A stretch of 64,000 bases of DNA, from NCBI GenBank assembly GCA_003971905.1, contig RSEE01000019.1:372001-436000 (forward strand). Reading direction: 5' to 3'. The notes under the pieces are model-generated. The model was not told where the DNA came from, ran no database searches, and worked only from the letters and a program-made list of their open reading frames with translations. This document shows, piece by piece, positions 12,932 to 26,436 of the stretch; within the stretch, counting starts at the first letter, position 1; every line of letters begins with the position of its first letter. The DNA comes from Moniliella sp. 'wahieum'. Its lineage: Eukaryota. The position numbers and the translations under genes were made by a program.

Positions 12932-13843
12932 TTAGCTCGACGCAGCCAGAGGCGCTGGCTGAGCCTGGACAAGCAACTTGTGCAGCTGCTCCAATTGGAT
13001 CTGCTCGTTCACCGTGACCGCCTTGATCTCCGTGTCGGGGTTGGCTGGAACACAACGTATTCACCATCGATCGCCCAGCCTTCATGCTTTGCAACCAGCA
13101 GGTAGAGTCGAAGGTTCAACATCCAAGTAACGGGCCAAACGCGCGACGGAGATTTTCTTGAACGCAAGCGCCACCGTGTCCAATACAATCCGCTGCACAT
13201 CTGCGACGGCATTGGGCACCTTGTCAATATACTTACGCAGCTCGGCGTTTGCTGGCTCTTGAACGCTTCCCAGAATTGAACAAAACGAGCGTTCTGCAAC
13301 AACATATGAAGCTGCGCCAGGCCCTGGATCACAGGCTCTTTAATGTTGCCGGCCATGTATGCAGGCGGGACCTGCCCCACGGAAGTGAGGACTGGGGTGG
13401 AGGCGTCAGCAGCCTCCTCTGCAGCACGGGAATCCTTGGGGTTCACATGGCTGGGGTCCATCGGGAGGGGTGCCTCGCCTAGCAGAGCCAAACAGAGCTT
13501 GAAGTCCTGGTACGGCAAAGCCAGAAGCGCCTTGATGAGGATGTTGATCACCACATCATGGTTGTACACCGACGGGTTGAACTGGTACCTATGAGTCCCT
13601 GGAAGTCAGTACAGCTGCAATCCACGTTGAGCGTACCACCCAGCGTAGAGACATACAATTTGAGCGTGGCCAGGTTGGCAAGGCCATCATAGAAACCTTG
13701 CTCAACCTGCTGGCCAATGTAGGCTTGGAGTGTGTCGAGGTTCTGGGGGTTGTAGCGGTCGACCGAGTTGATGAGCGTCTCAATGTGCTCGGGCCGCTGA
13801 GAGGCTGGAGCCACGGCTGGGCGGTGGATCCGGTGGCGAGCAT
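12932..13843 (-). CDS. EIF3K: Eukaryotic translation initiation factor 3 subunit K
   Basis: RPEHIETLINSVDRYNPQNL...ANLATLKLYQFNP...ILIKALLALPYQDFKLCLALL. One intron. Confidence 0.9.
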
Positions 13844-14374
13844 GGCGATGAGGTGAGCAGAGCAGGTGGAGCAACGCCAACATCGCGGCTGCTGCTCAGA
13901 AGAAGCCAATTTTTCAAATGGCGGAACTGAATCCGCGGAATGTGCTGACACGTGGCCCAGGTCTCCTCGCCGCGAATCAGTACCTTGAAGCTTCACCCGT
14001 CAAGCGTGAGCGAATTTTCCAAGAGAGCTTGAAGCTTGAAGCTTGACACGTGACACGTGGCAGCTGAAAGCCAACATGCCTGCCCAGGCGCCCTGGCGCC
14101 GGTCTCAGGTGCGGCCACCGGTCACCCACCCTGGCTGCCTGGACAGTGTCGTCCGCCTGCATCACCGGATGGTTTGATCGTGAGATTGGGAGATGTTCGA
14201 TTGGGCAGCCGTAGATCCGGGCGGCAGCTGCGCTTGCCATGTACTGCCTGCCGTGTACCTGCAGCGCGCGTGTGGCGCCCCCAGTGACTAGTGGTTAATG
14301 ATCTGCATCCGCGCGCTCCCCCACCCGCAGCCGCCTCTCTTTCCCACCACCTTCTCCCACCCTGCCACCACACC

Positions 14375-15262
<888 letters not shown>

Positions 15263-15694
15263 CGCGTGTCGGTGTGCTTTATGCCACGCGTTGCGTTACC
15301 CATCTCACATGACCATCATAGGAGGCTTGATTTATTATTCTCATATCCAATGCACGAGTCAAGACCGACCCGCCCGTCATTAAGAAGCTGTTAAACCCGG
15401 TCGACTGGAGCGTCCAAGGCGGTAGGAGAGCGTGACTAGTGATGTTGACTGGAGCGCATGATACGCGTTACAAATTCATTTTTGGAATACAAGGCCAAGT
15501 GGTAACCTATCGGGTGTCTATTTTATTGCGCCGAAAACAGACTTTGACTGGCCTCGTGCTTGTTGATCTGCCTCTCTCGCCACAGGGCAGTGTACTATGA
15601 TTGAATATTGACCTCCCACTCGTGGTCGTCGCGTCATTGCCGTGGGAACTCGCAAGCTGGTCTAACTCGTGACAGCACCAACATCGGCTTCAAG

Positions 15695-15973
15695 GTGCGC
15701 ATACGCTCCGAAGCATCCAACTTGGTGAAGGGGCAAGGTCATAACGTGCCTGTCATCGTGCCTCGCCCAGTTAGACTATCACTTCCCCTTGTGTGGTCTG
15801 CCTATGAAAGGGCGATGGCGGTGGCGGGATCGCGGCCTTTGCCTATTGGAACAGGGATGGGGGGGCTATGCCCTGGCTTTGAACGCCGGGATGGATGCCC
15901 CTCCCATGTCCTACCTTGCCCCTTCCGTGTGCGATGGCAGTTCCAAAGCATGAACTGACCTCTGTTTCACCAG
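15695..15973 (+). other. Highly structured 5'-UTR intron of RPL9
   Basis: AG|GTGCGC donor, CTGAC branch point, CAG acceptor 11 nt before the ATG. Perfect 13-bp stem 15727-15739/15913-15925. Confidence 0.7.
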
Positions 15974-15984
15974 ACTCTTTTGCA

Positions 15985-16564
15985 ATGCTGCAGATCTACA
16001 AGGACATTGAGATTCCCGTTCCAGCCGATGTCGAGGTCAAGGTGGCCTCGCGCGACGTGTGGGTCAAGGGCCCCGTGGTGAACTGAGCAAGTCTCTCAAG
16101 CACCTCAACATGGAGATTCGCCTTGTGAAGGACGCCAAGAGCACCAAGGTGCGCTTTGTCGTTTGGCACGGTGGCCGCAAGCACGTTGCTTGCCTCCGCA
16201 CCGCTGCCTCGGTTGTGGCCAACATGATCAAGGGTGTGACCAAGGGCTTCCAGTACAAGGTGCGTGCCGTGTACGCCCATTTCCCCGTCAACCTCATCAT
16301 TGCCGGCGACAAGCGCGCTGTCGAGATCCGCAACTCTTGGGGGAGAAGCGTGTGCGCCACGTCCCCATGCGTGAGGGTGTCACCATCACGGAGGACAAGG
16401 CCCAGAAGGACCAGGTCCTGATTGAGGGCAACGACATCAACGCCGTGTCCCAGTCTGCCGCCGACATGCACGGCGCTTGCCTCGTCCGCAACAAGGATAT
16501 CCGTAAGTTCTTGGACGGCCTCTACGTTTCGGCCAAGGGTACCATCGTGCAGGACGACGAGTAA
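15985..16564 (+). CDS. RPL9: 60S ribosomal protein L9 (uL6)
   Basis: VWHGGRKHVACLRT...NMIKGVTKGFQYK.RAVYAHFP and VRNKDIRKFLDGLYVS. Confidence 0.95.
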
Positions 16565-17318
16565 ATCAGGCTACCATTGTCAATCTTAACTCCTGGAAGC
16601 GGTTCTACTGCATCCCCCATATGATGTATTCCCCCTCTTCCCCTATCGGACTTCGTATCCCAGTTGGTGTTCCTACCACCCCTCCCCCGCCGCAAGACGG
16701 ATGGGCTGCCAAGCCTGATTCTTGCTCTTCCCAAAACGACCGGATACGCCTATGGATTGGCATGGTCTCCAAATCCTTCCAGAGCTGTAAAAATAGACGA
16801 GCTTAGAAAATGGGGACAATGGTCTCGTCTACAGGATAGAAGGCAACTGAGAAGTTGGGGCTCCTGAGGGTAGCGGTCCCGGTCAATTCGTGGGTCATGA
16901 TTGGTGGTCACGCCCCAATAGCCGTGAGGCGAACGCTCTGTGGCTCTCGAGTGACAGCATTCGCAAGGCGTATTCGCTGCTTTGGGCAATGTAGCGCACC
17001 CCCCGTAACTACGAGATCAGTGTACGAGTCGCCGCGCTTGGTATCCCGACCTCTCTAAAAGAAAGTGTACTCTCTTCATAAGGATTGTGGATTCGGTTGC
17101 TCCCAGGACGCCAATGATCTTCATCTCTGGTCTAAAAGTTCCCAGGTATGTGATCACATAAAATCGACTCCTCTCCTCCAGTTCCATGAAGTATCCTCCC
17201 AGGACTGGGGCATGAGGGGCTTGGGGCGAGCTTATACAAAAAGATGATAACCTCGGGCGCATTGAAGATCCTCGAAGAAAAAGAGGACCAGTACCCCGCT
17301 GTGGGACACAGAAACTAA

Positions 17319-17374
17319 AGCCACAATTGGACAAAAACACGACTTCAGCCACAATTGGACAAAAACACGACTTC
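17319..17374. repeat. Perfect 28-bp tandem duplication
   Basis: agccacaattggacaaaaacacgacttc x2. Confidence 0.9.
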
Positions 17375-18126
17375 GAGACTCAGCTATATTGCTCCCTGTG
17401 CATTGTCTTCGGCGGCGAGAAGCGGGGGCGGCCGTGGCAAGGTAGACGCAAAATGCTGGATGTTTCCGTCCGTCGCTAGTCACTCTGGTCTCTTCTTGTG
17501 TACCTACGGCCTGGAAGTTGAGGGGGCCTGTATCGTGGACTGCATATTGAATTTGTTGACGAGAATGTTGCACCTTCCCTGAAGGGACATCCTTCCGCAT
17601 ATTCACGCAATTCAAAATCTCTCAGCGTTGGGGCGCAACCTAGAACCGAGGGTTCCCTTCACCGTCTCATGATGTTCAACGCTCAATTGCTCAACGTCCT
17701 CAACACTCAACGTACTCCATCCCCACCAGCCTGAGACTCAAGCTAACCTTTTACTCGAGCACTCTGACTACACATTCTCGTAGAGAGCTGATGTAGAGAA
17801 AACTGTGCACCAAAGACCGTAATGAGATATCCCACATTGTGATACATTGGTTTAGTGAGAGCCGGCTGGCGCTGACAGCTTAAGATGGAGCGTTCAGGTG
17901 GGAGGGGTGGCATTCAAAGCGATAAAAGGGAAAGAAAACGCTTCGCGGGATGCCATACAACGAAGGCTGAAGATGCGGGACCTTTCGATGTGATCTGAGA
18001 ATGAGATCTGACAGTATAAAGGAAGTACTGTGCGTAGGTGGATGAGTGTGTGTACAGCGAATATGATCCAGCAACAACGAGATAAGACGCGTCAGCCCAC
18101 AGGGGGAAAAAGGTGTCTTGGTCCCC

Positions 18127-19197
18127 CTACTCATCGTCTTCAATTTCGTCGCTCTCTCTTCTTCGGGCTCCGACCCAGACTTGTGCATTTTCAAGGACAC
18201 TTGGGGATCAGTTGCTTCCGCAGAATATTTTTGAATCGGTTGAATCGCCATCCGTGTTCTTCGCATCCGTATTAGGCGATTTTGGAGCAGGTGATGTAGG
18301 GGTGCTGCCTACCTCCGTTCTGGGTTTGCGTGTGACGTGAGCACCGATGAATTTGGCTACCTCAAACGAATCGATCCGGTCACGAGGAATGATGGTTCGA
18401 AGCTTGGCGTCACAGACGATCTGCAATAGGAAGAAAGGGTTAGGAGGGTAGATGATAGGATGGGGGGCATCAAATGATGGGGTGGAAATTACAACTCACG
18501 ATGCGTTTCTGCTCTGGGTTTGAAGGTTGTTCTCTTTGATGTACTTCCAAATACGCCGAATGATCTCGTAGCGAGGGATCTGGGAATCAAAGCACAATAT
18601 GTCAGCGTCCAGCAGGAATGTTGGGGGTGATACGCACATCGTTGCCCTCGCACAGAGCCGCCAAGGGTTCATCAAGGATAAGAGGGGCACTGAATGCATT
18701 GTTGGGGTGGTTTGCCGCTTGGCCTTGGACTCAGCGTGGCCGGGCGACGTGCTTGCGGGGTTTGCTTGCAGGGCCCTCAGCAGCTTAAAAGGAGAGAACA
18801 AAATAGTAACCGTCAGTCACAAATCTCTATTCCATATCCGAAAAAAAAAATACCGCGTACTGGAGGGGCGCGCGAACAAGGGAGACGGACGAGGCGTTTA
18901 GGTCGAGATAAGAAAACGTCGGACTTACCTTCTTCGCCTTTGACTTTGCGTCCGCGCTTGCTCGTGGGCTGAGCAGCAACGCGCGGCCCCAACTTGAATC
19001 TCGGCAAAGCATGTCTTGATCAAGCCGTTGATCTGGCGCTTGTCGTGGCCTTCAATAGAGAGAGACGCCGGGATGTGCTTTGCATAGATTGGGTTGTCGA
19101 GTAGGGTGGTGCGCACGTCCTTGGTGCTGACTGAGTTCAAGTCCGAGGCATGGAGGATGGCGAGAATGGTGGGCTTGAGACCTGCGATAGCCGCCAT
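18127..19197 (-). CDS. DEK-C plus SWIB/MDM2 domain protein (Uaf30/Tri1-like)
   Basis: N-terminal ILAILHASDLNSVSTKDVR (DEK-C). SWIB motif PRYEIIRRIWKYIKENNLQ...IVCDAKLRTI...FEVAKFIGAHV. Several introns. Confidence 0.85.
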
Positions 19198-20610
19198 GGT
19201 GAGGACGCAGGAGGTGGTGGCGGGACACTTGAAGAGCCGCCAACAGGGGTGGTGGGGAAGGGCAAGAGCACAAATAAGTGACAGCAAAAGCTGCGGCACA
19301 GAACCAGACTGCTTTCCGGCGAGTTTCCTCCCACGTTCCAGGTCCCATATGCGCTCCCACTCTACATGTACAATTGCTACTAGTAGCTGGCTATAGCTGG
19401 CTGGCGCCTGTGTTGTTGGATTAAATTTTTCGCGTTGCCACTGCGTGACCTTCTGTTGCACGATCAGACTGTGCTGTACCCAGCTGGACCACAGCAGTGG
19501 GGATTGGTTGGCTCACTAGCCCACTCTACCAGCTCACTGCTGCTCACTGGAATAAGTGCGCTGACAGTCTGGCTGCCACAGGCGGTGCAGCGTTCGTACC
19601 TTGCGGTGCTGATTCTGGGGGCGATAGCCAACTCCGTTTTTAGGCGTTAGTTAGGGACAGCGTGGCCTGCCTAGCTCTTCACTCCCAGCCTTACATATGC
19701 AGAGACGCAAAGCAAACCAGTCAGGTCCTGAGCCTCAGGACTACTCGGCCTACCAGGAAATGCGGAATGAAAAAACTTCATGCTTCTCTCAGATCTCAGG
19801 CTAGTAAGTAACTCAGTAGCGGCTCTATGAAAGCCCTCTGTTGCTCAGCGCGACAAGGGAGGCCAGTGGGCTAGTGAGCTAGTGAGCTAGTGCTAGCGAG
19901 GCCTGAGGCTAGTGAGGGGATGGGTGAGTAGGGAGTGTGCTGACTATGGGTGGCTTATTATAGCGCTTACACTTGCTGGCTCTCGTTTTGCACCTCATCG
20001 ACGCCAATCATCAATCATCGCATGCATCGACTGCCATATGGGCTGCCATGGGCTGCCGCAGGTTGCGCAAGTGGCCAGTGGTTGCCCCCATCGCGCGTCG
20101 CGGTGACATGAATGGTGCATGATGCATGATGCATGATGCATGATGCATGACGTATGGTCCACGATGCGTGACGCGTGACGCGGACGAACCAGACACATGC
20201 GTGGCAATCAATGCACGCACAAATAAAGTCCCACAGGACAATGTGACATGCCTGTCCCACAGTACACGTGATGAATGTATTGCACGATGCATGAGATCGA
20301 GAGCACCATTGAGGTGTATGTGTCGCTGCAATCTCTTTGCCTTATCGATTGTCCTCCGCAACGGTAACGCGGTATCCGGTAACCGGTAACACCATCTTGC
20401 GCAACGTGCGCGAGCGTCTGTCACCGCACCGCTCTCACCTAAGCCGACGTCCCACCATTTAGATATTACAGCGCCACTTCAATCGCTAATTACTTACTGT
20501 TTTGTTCTCCCCCTCTTCCCCCCTTTTTAGGCACACCTCACTGATCTAATGTTGACTGGGAATCATGCAAAAACACATATATGCCGCCAACAGTAGCAAT
20601 ATAAAAAGAT

Positions 20611-20898
20611 ACGGCACCAAGACGGCGGGCAAGTTGTTTGCGCATTGGAAGGAGTTGGCTACTAAGTCTCAGTGGAAATGGTTCCTCGCTCGGATGTCAA
20701 CCACGTTCATCCGTGTCCACACGCGCTTCCTAGGGTACGGGACCGGATGGCGAGAGCCGGAGGGTCCTGATATCCTGGCGATCCCCCTGGTTCTTGACCT
20801 TAGTGGCGTTTCCAAGTAACCCCCGCAAGATGAACGGTTCGGTTTAGACGTAGCGTTCCCCCTGTCCCAGCCTTAAGCTCTGTCAATGATATGAATTC
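20611..20898 (+). mobile_element. 5'-truncated CRE-like retrotransposon 3' end
   Basis: Near-identical to 45567-45855 (minus strand). 7-bp TSD AAAAGAT at 20604-20610 and 20899-20905. Confidence 0.9.
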
Positions 20899-20984
20899 AA
20901 AAGATTGAAATGCCGCGGCATTCTCTCCGTCAAAAAGCTTCAAGGGAGGACGACGAGCAAAAAACGCGTTGAAGAGAAGAGGGA

Positions 20985-21075
20985 CTCCACAGGTGTACGG
21001 ATTGCCGCGGGTGAAAAAAGAGTACAGGGGTGTTTAACGGATCAGGAATGGAGGTGGACGGACACCTTGAGAGGC
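20985..21075 (+). mobile_element. Old CRE endonuclease relic
   Basis: RCTDCR...GVFNGSGMEVDGHL resembles QRTDYRVMGPGALGG(T/S)GMEVDHTL. Shares ggatcaggaatggaggtggac with the 11472 copy. Confidence 0.6.
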
Positions 21076-21211
21076 TTGTTTTGGGAATCATGGAGGCCAG
21101 GATTGATATGGTCCAAAAATATGGCGCACACGCGGTAAAATGGGGACGTCTCCGCATTGCGTCCACACTGTACCCTTCACACAATTGTACCCCCTTCCTC
21201 TCCCTGAGGAA

Positions 21212-21361
21212 CTATACCTCTAGTCCGTCCTCATGGCAATCCATTTGTCTCTCCATTTCCTTCATTATAGGCTTATATTTCCTGACACAATTCATGTCTA
21301 ACTGAACACTAATGGCCAATACGAAAACGGAGCTCAAGAGAACAGGCAAGGCCCACTTCAT
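21212..21361 (-). CDS. Possible small secreted protein (first exon?)
   Basis: Signal-peptide-like start MKWALPVLLSSVFVLAISVQ, two Cys, in an AT-richer region. No recognised homologue. Confidence 0.3.
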   Translation of the reverse strand: MKWALPVLLSSVFVLAISVQLDMNCVRKYKPIMKEMERQMDCHEDGLEV

Positions 21362-23126
21362 TCGCGGCTTCCCAGTTCGCGTTGGAAGGGTGGGCACGAA
21401 CCCCGAACGAGGAAAGATTAGGGTGCATGTGATCAGTAAAAGCTGGAAGCTCGGGTGTGGGAGAGGGGCGTATAATACAAGCAGCGGCAGGGCCGGCCAA
21501 GCCCTCCTGTTACAGAAGCAACTCCACTACTGTCGTATAGGGCCGCGGGAGGATTTCAGAGGAGGAAACTGAGAGTACTGTACTTGAGCGGCACCAGATG
21601 TCAGATCGAGAGAATTGATAATTGAACGCCTGGCCGACTTAACGAGCTACCCACTGCAAGAAGCGGGTCTGCAAAAGTTGCCGGTAAGCTCGAAGAAACG
21701 CGTGGGCTTCTCACGTCAAAGATCATTACAATATGACCCGCTATTCCACATAAAAGCAGCATGCTTAAGAACAACTTACACATCGAATCATTAAGGAGTT
21801 TAGCATATATAAAAAGGAAATGGCAGCACAATTGTTGAGAAAGACAGTAAGGGAACGAGACCCCTGATTCTCGAGGCACAAGTGCTCGGAAAGATACGTG
21901 GGCTTGATGGGGAACGTCAGTCCTTAGTTTGCAACCACACCACATCATGAACCCGTCCCCGTCATGGAAGAGTCTATCAAGAAAGTGTAGAGTCTGGTCA
22001 TCACTCTATAGTACTGATGTACTGTGTCACATCTGCTATTAATCAAATCCTCGCCGGGCACCACTGTTGATTATACGCCTTAGGCCTCACCGAGGCCTCA
22101 TCGCTACCCGAGCAAATCAAAAGACCTCTTCTGATTGCTTCAAGTTGCGGAAAATGTATAGCCATTTACCACACCTGTGTGTTGTCCATATCAAAATGCT
22201 TATACACAGCAAAAACACAGTAAACTCCAGGTTTTCTCCTCAGATCAGAGGGTATCATTGAGTCTATAACAAGCCCCTTCTTTCGTCCATAGAGGCTCAT
22301 AGTGTGCTTTCTATTAGTTTTATTAGAGGGAGAGACAATCATTGTCAGAGAAAGGTTACTTTCAATAACCCGCGACACGAACACATCATTAGTACAACAG
22401 AGGAAAAACCACTAATGTATTGGGAATCAACACGCCCAAAACAAAAACTCACCTATATATTCTTTTGGCCAGAGCGTAACAGCAACTGCTACGCTGTAGC
22501 CTACCCTGTCGCATCGGGGTAGAATCGGTTGCAGGACCTACAGCCCAACTTTTTCTTCCCTCGGAGCAAATCCACCCTCCAGCCGCGGATGTGATCACAT
22601 ATGGCCCGGAAACTATTGCGAGCACTTCTTCCAAAAACACTGTAATTTTAAATGAAACCCATGTGGCTGTATTAGTAGGTGACGGTGACTCGTCACCGTG
22701 ATGCGTGACAACATCTCACGATCGCATCGATCTCATTAGTGAGATGGCAGCGTGACGCATCGGCCCTGGCTTTGTGTGACCTTCCGGTTGCATGCCGCGG
22801 ATCGGTCAGCCGCGCAGGCTGGCCGCGCTCAAGGTGGGCGGGACGCAGGTACCTGCCAGGGTCTGTCATTTCTCGACCACCATCGTATCGCACGGCAACC
22901 AAGCCTTCACTCAGGTATTTGGGCTATACTAACCTTGCACCGACCAACACATTTGCCAACGGTCTGAGGCCTGAGGGTCAAAGGTTCCTTCACCCTGCCT
23001 TTTTTCTTCTCTGGCATCTACTTGAAATGACTGAGAGGCGATACCAGCAATTGCACATCATTGGCTCGGGCGGTGGCGAGCTGCCTAGCCCATTCTTGCA
23101 CCTACGCCCAAACCCAGCTCAACGCC

Positions 23127-24060
23127 ATGCCTGCAAGCTACTCATCTTCCTTCTTGTTGGGCGGGACGTGTGTCCTGTTTGTCTGCGTTATCACGCCAGG
23201 AAGGTACATCCGTGGTTCGGGAGAAATGGGAATATCGCTGCCTTCACGACGACGGGCTTCACTTCTCCCTCATCAGCTCTGATATCCACCAACGTACCCG
23301 AGCCAAAATTGAAGTCCAACATAACGGGCACCATTGGAGCCCTAGTACATTCACCATCATCATCTCCTCTCCATCGCCGACGTCTTTGGTACCTATCCCC
23401 TTGGTTGAACTGTCAAGTCAGCTACCACACATTCCGAGCGAATCATTTTCCTCCAAGCCGTCTTGGGGCTGGCCGATGATCCCTCAACCTGGATGTTGCC
23501 CCTGGACTGGACAGATTGGCTCATCCCATCCAACCGCGCGCGAGGATGTGGCTTTGGAAAGGCTCGTGAGTGAGGGAAGAGTGAGCAAGGAGGATTGGTC
23601 ATTGGTGCGTATGGAAAGCAGAAGGGGCCCATCAGTGTGGACAACGCGTCTGTCGTCTCTATGAATTAGTACCGCTCCAACCCACTAGTCTGGGAGCGAG
23701 AGCATGGGTCGAAAGGAGTCGTCGTATTCAGCAAGACCTATTGCCCCTCCTCCAAGCGGATCAAGAAACTGCTGACTGATCTCCAGGCAAAGTTCACCGT
23801 GGTAGAGGTGGACGTCCGTCGTGAGTGCTCCTCCTTGGGGGTGGGTTACCCCAATAACCTCTGTTGTACTGACTCTGCCCGGTTTCTGTTGTTAGCCGAC
23901 TACGTTGCGTTTCAGCCTGCTTTGGCGTATGTTACGGGCCACATGAACGTGCCTACCGTCGTCTTAGGTGGTGACGTGCTGGGCGGCTGGATGATGATGT
24001 GGCAGTGTTGCATGAGAACACCGCCTGCAGGAGTTGCTGAAGAAGGTGGACGCGCTATGA
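23127..24060 (+). CDS. Membrane-anchored monothiol glutaredoxin (Grx6/7-like)
   Basis: Hydrophobic N-terminus. C-terminal VVVFSKTYCPSSKRIK...VEVD...TGHMNVPTVVLGGDVLGG. Intron ~23821-23895. Confidence 0.75.
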
Positions 24061-24710
24061 CGGGGGGATGAGGGCTAACTGCCACAGGTGGGTGTCTCCC
24101 TGTGTGCGTGTCGAAGTGGATAAGGGCTGCTTGCTGGGCTTTGCGCCCACTGAGCACTTTTGTGCGCATTGCCCATGCGGGTTCACTTGGTTGCTCCAGA
24201 CGGGAGGCGAATCTGGATGGATGGATGGCAGACCGTCTAGCCCCACGGGGAGGGTAGGTGCATCAGTCAGAAAGCGTGAGCTTGAAGCTGGCATCTGGAA
24301 GTCTGAAACGATGAAAGCGGAGGTTGAAAGTTTGAAAGCGAAGAGGGTGCGTCGATCAACCGATGCGACGGCTGCTTCCAGGGGGGCAGGTACCAGGTGA
24401 AAGTTGAAATTGAAAGGTGAGCCTGACATGTGACAGGCCAGGACAGGCGGGCGAGCGGCGCGCGCGACGGGGGACTGGCCCTCTGCTGCCCCCCGGCAGA
24501 AGACCGCGCGCGGGGCGACACAGGCGCCGTGCCGCACCCGCCCGACGTGGAGCAGACAGCCGCGGCGGGGGCAGTGTGCCAGTCTGCATGCACCGGGCCC
24601 AGCCCAGCCCAGCCCAGCCCCAGCCACCCAGCTACATCTGCCCATCCCACCCGCCGCTCGCCCGCCCCCTCCACCACTTGCTCCCCCTCGGGTCCACGTC
24701 CATCCTCATC

Positions 24711-26032
24711 ATGGCTGACATTGCGCCTGCCCCTGTCGCTCCCGCGCCCGCTGCGCCTGAGCATGCTCGCAAGAAGCTCTCCGGCTACGTTGGCTTCGCC
24801 AATCTGCCCACCAGGTCCATCGCAAGAGCGTCCGCAAGGGCTTCACCTTTACCTGCATGGTCGTCGGCGAGAGCGGGCTGGGCAAGTCGACGCTCGTCAA
24901 CACTCTTTTCAGCACCACCCTCTACCAGCCCAAGGCTGTCTCCCCCTCATGCTGAGCGCCCGTCGACGGTGGCCATCGAGTCGACAGCGCTGACATTGAG
25001 GAGAGCGGGGTGCGTCTGCGTCTCAATGTGGTTGACACCCCCGGCTTTGGCGACTTTGTCAACAACGACGGCTCCTGGAAACCGATTGTCGAGAACATTG
25101 AGCAGCGCTTTGATGCTTACCTCGAGCAGGAGAACCGAGTGAACGCAACAAGCTTCTCGACAACCGTGTCCACGCTTGTCTCTACTTCATCCAGCCCACC
25201 GGCCACGCATTGCGGCCCGATGTGGAGTTTATGCGCCGTCTGCACACTAAGGTCAACCTTATTCCTGTTATTGCCAAGTCGGACACGCTCACCGACGAGG
25301 AGATTAATGCCTTCAAGGAACGCATCCTCGCCGACATTGCTTACCACCAGATCGACATTTTCCATGCCCCCGTCTACGACAATGACGACGAGGAGACGTA
25401 CGCGGAGAATGCTGAGATTGCTGTACGTACTTTGCTACCTTTTTGTAACCCATAGTGTTGTACACTCACCATTTTATGGGACTTTCAGCGCAAGATTCCC
25501 TTTGCGGTCGTGGGCTCTAACTCGAGGTGGACACTGCTGATGGCCGGCGTGCGTGGGCGTGCGTACCCTTGGGGCGTGATCGAGGTGGACAACGAGGACT
25601 TGCGATTTTGTCAAGTTACGCCAGATGCTCATTCGGACCCACATGGAGGAACCTGAAGGAGCACACCAACAACACGCTGTATGAGAAGTACCGCACTGAG
25701 AATAGTGTTGTTGGCGATGGAGTGCCAGGACCACTCGGTGTTCAAGGAATGAACCCGGCGGCTAAGATGGCTGAAGAGCGAGCACTGCACGAAGCCAAGC
25801 TGGCCAAGATGGAGAACGAGATGAAGCTCGTCTTCCAGCAAAGGTTGCCGAGAAGGAGGCCACGTTGAAGCAATCCGAGGAGGAGCTTACTCGCGCCACC
25901 GTGAGATGAAGGAGGCTCTCGAGGCCCAGCAGGCTGAGCTGGCTGACCGCAAACGGCGGATCGAGATGGGCCGTCCCCTCACACCGGAAAAGCAGAGCCA
26001 AAACCAAGAAGAAGGGCTTTTTGCGCAACTAA
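24711..26032 (+). CDS. CDC3: Septin Cdc3
   Basis: [44 protein letters not shown]-terminal coiled coil, KKKGF end. Confidence 0.9.
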
Positions 26033-26436
26033 GGGTATCTTGCCTGCCGTATCCCTGCTTCCCTGTTGCTGGGTGGCGCGTGGCTGACAGCATTTGCTAC
26101 GTACCTCACCCACCCTACCTCTTACTTTCGTTCCTTGCCGAGCGCGGTTACTCCTTGCCCTTTCTTCTTGCGGCCATGCATATCCCCGCTGTCACCGTTT
26201 TCTTCCCATGGTCCGTGGATCCCAATGCACCCTACAGCTCTCCTTACCTTGGCAGTAGGCTTTGTCCGACGGAATAGGATGACTCCCTGTTGGGCATGAT
26301 GTACAGGCGTGCCCGCAAGCATAAATTGGAAAAATACGAACAACTATGAGCAAAACAGGTAGTCCTGGCATGTGGTAGCGGCATTGACATCGTTTGATTT
26401 CTTCTGTCGACGGTCGTACGCTCCGGTCAAATTTCT

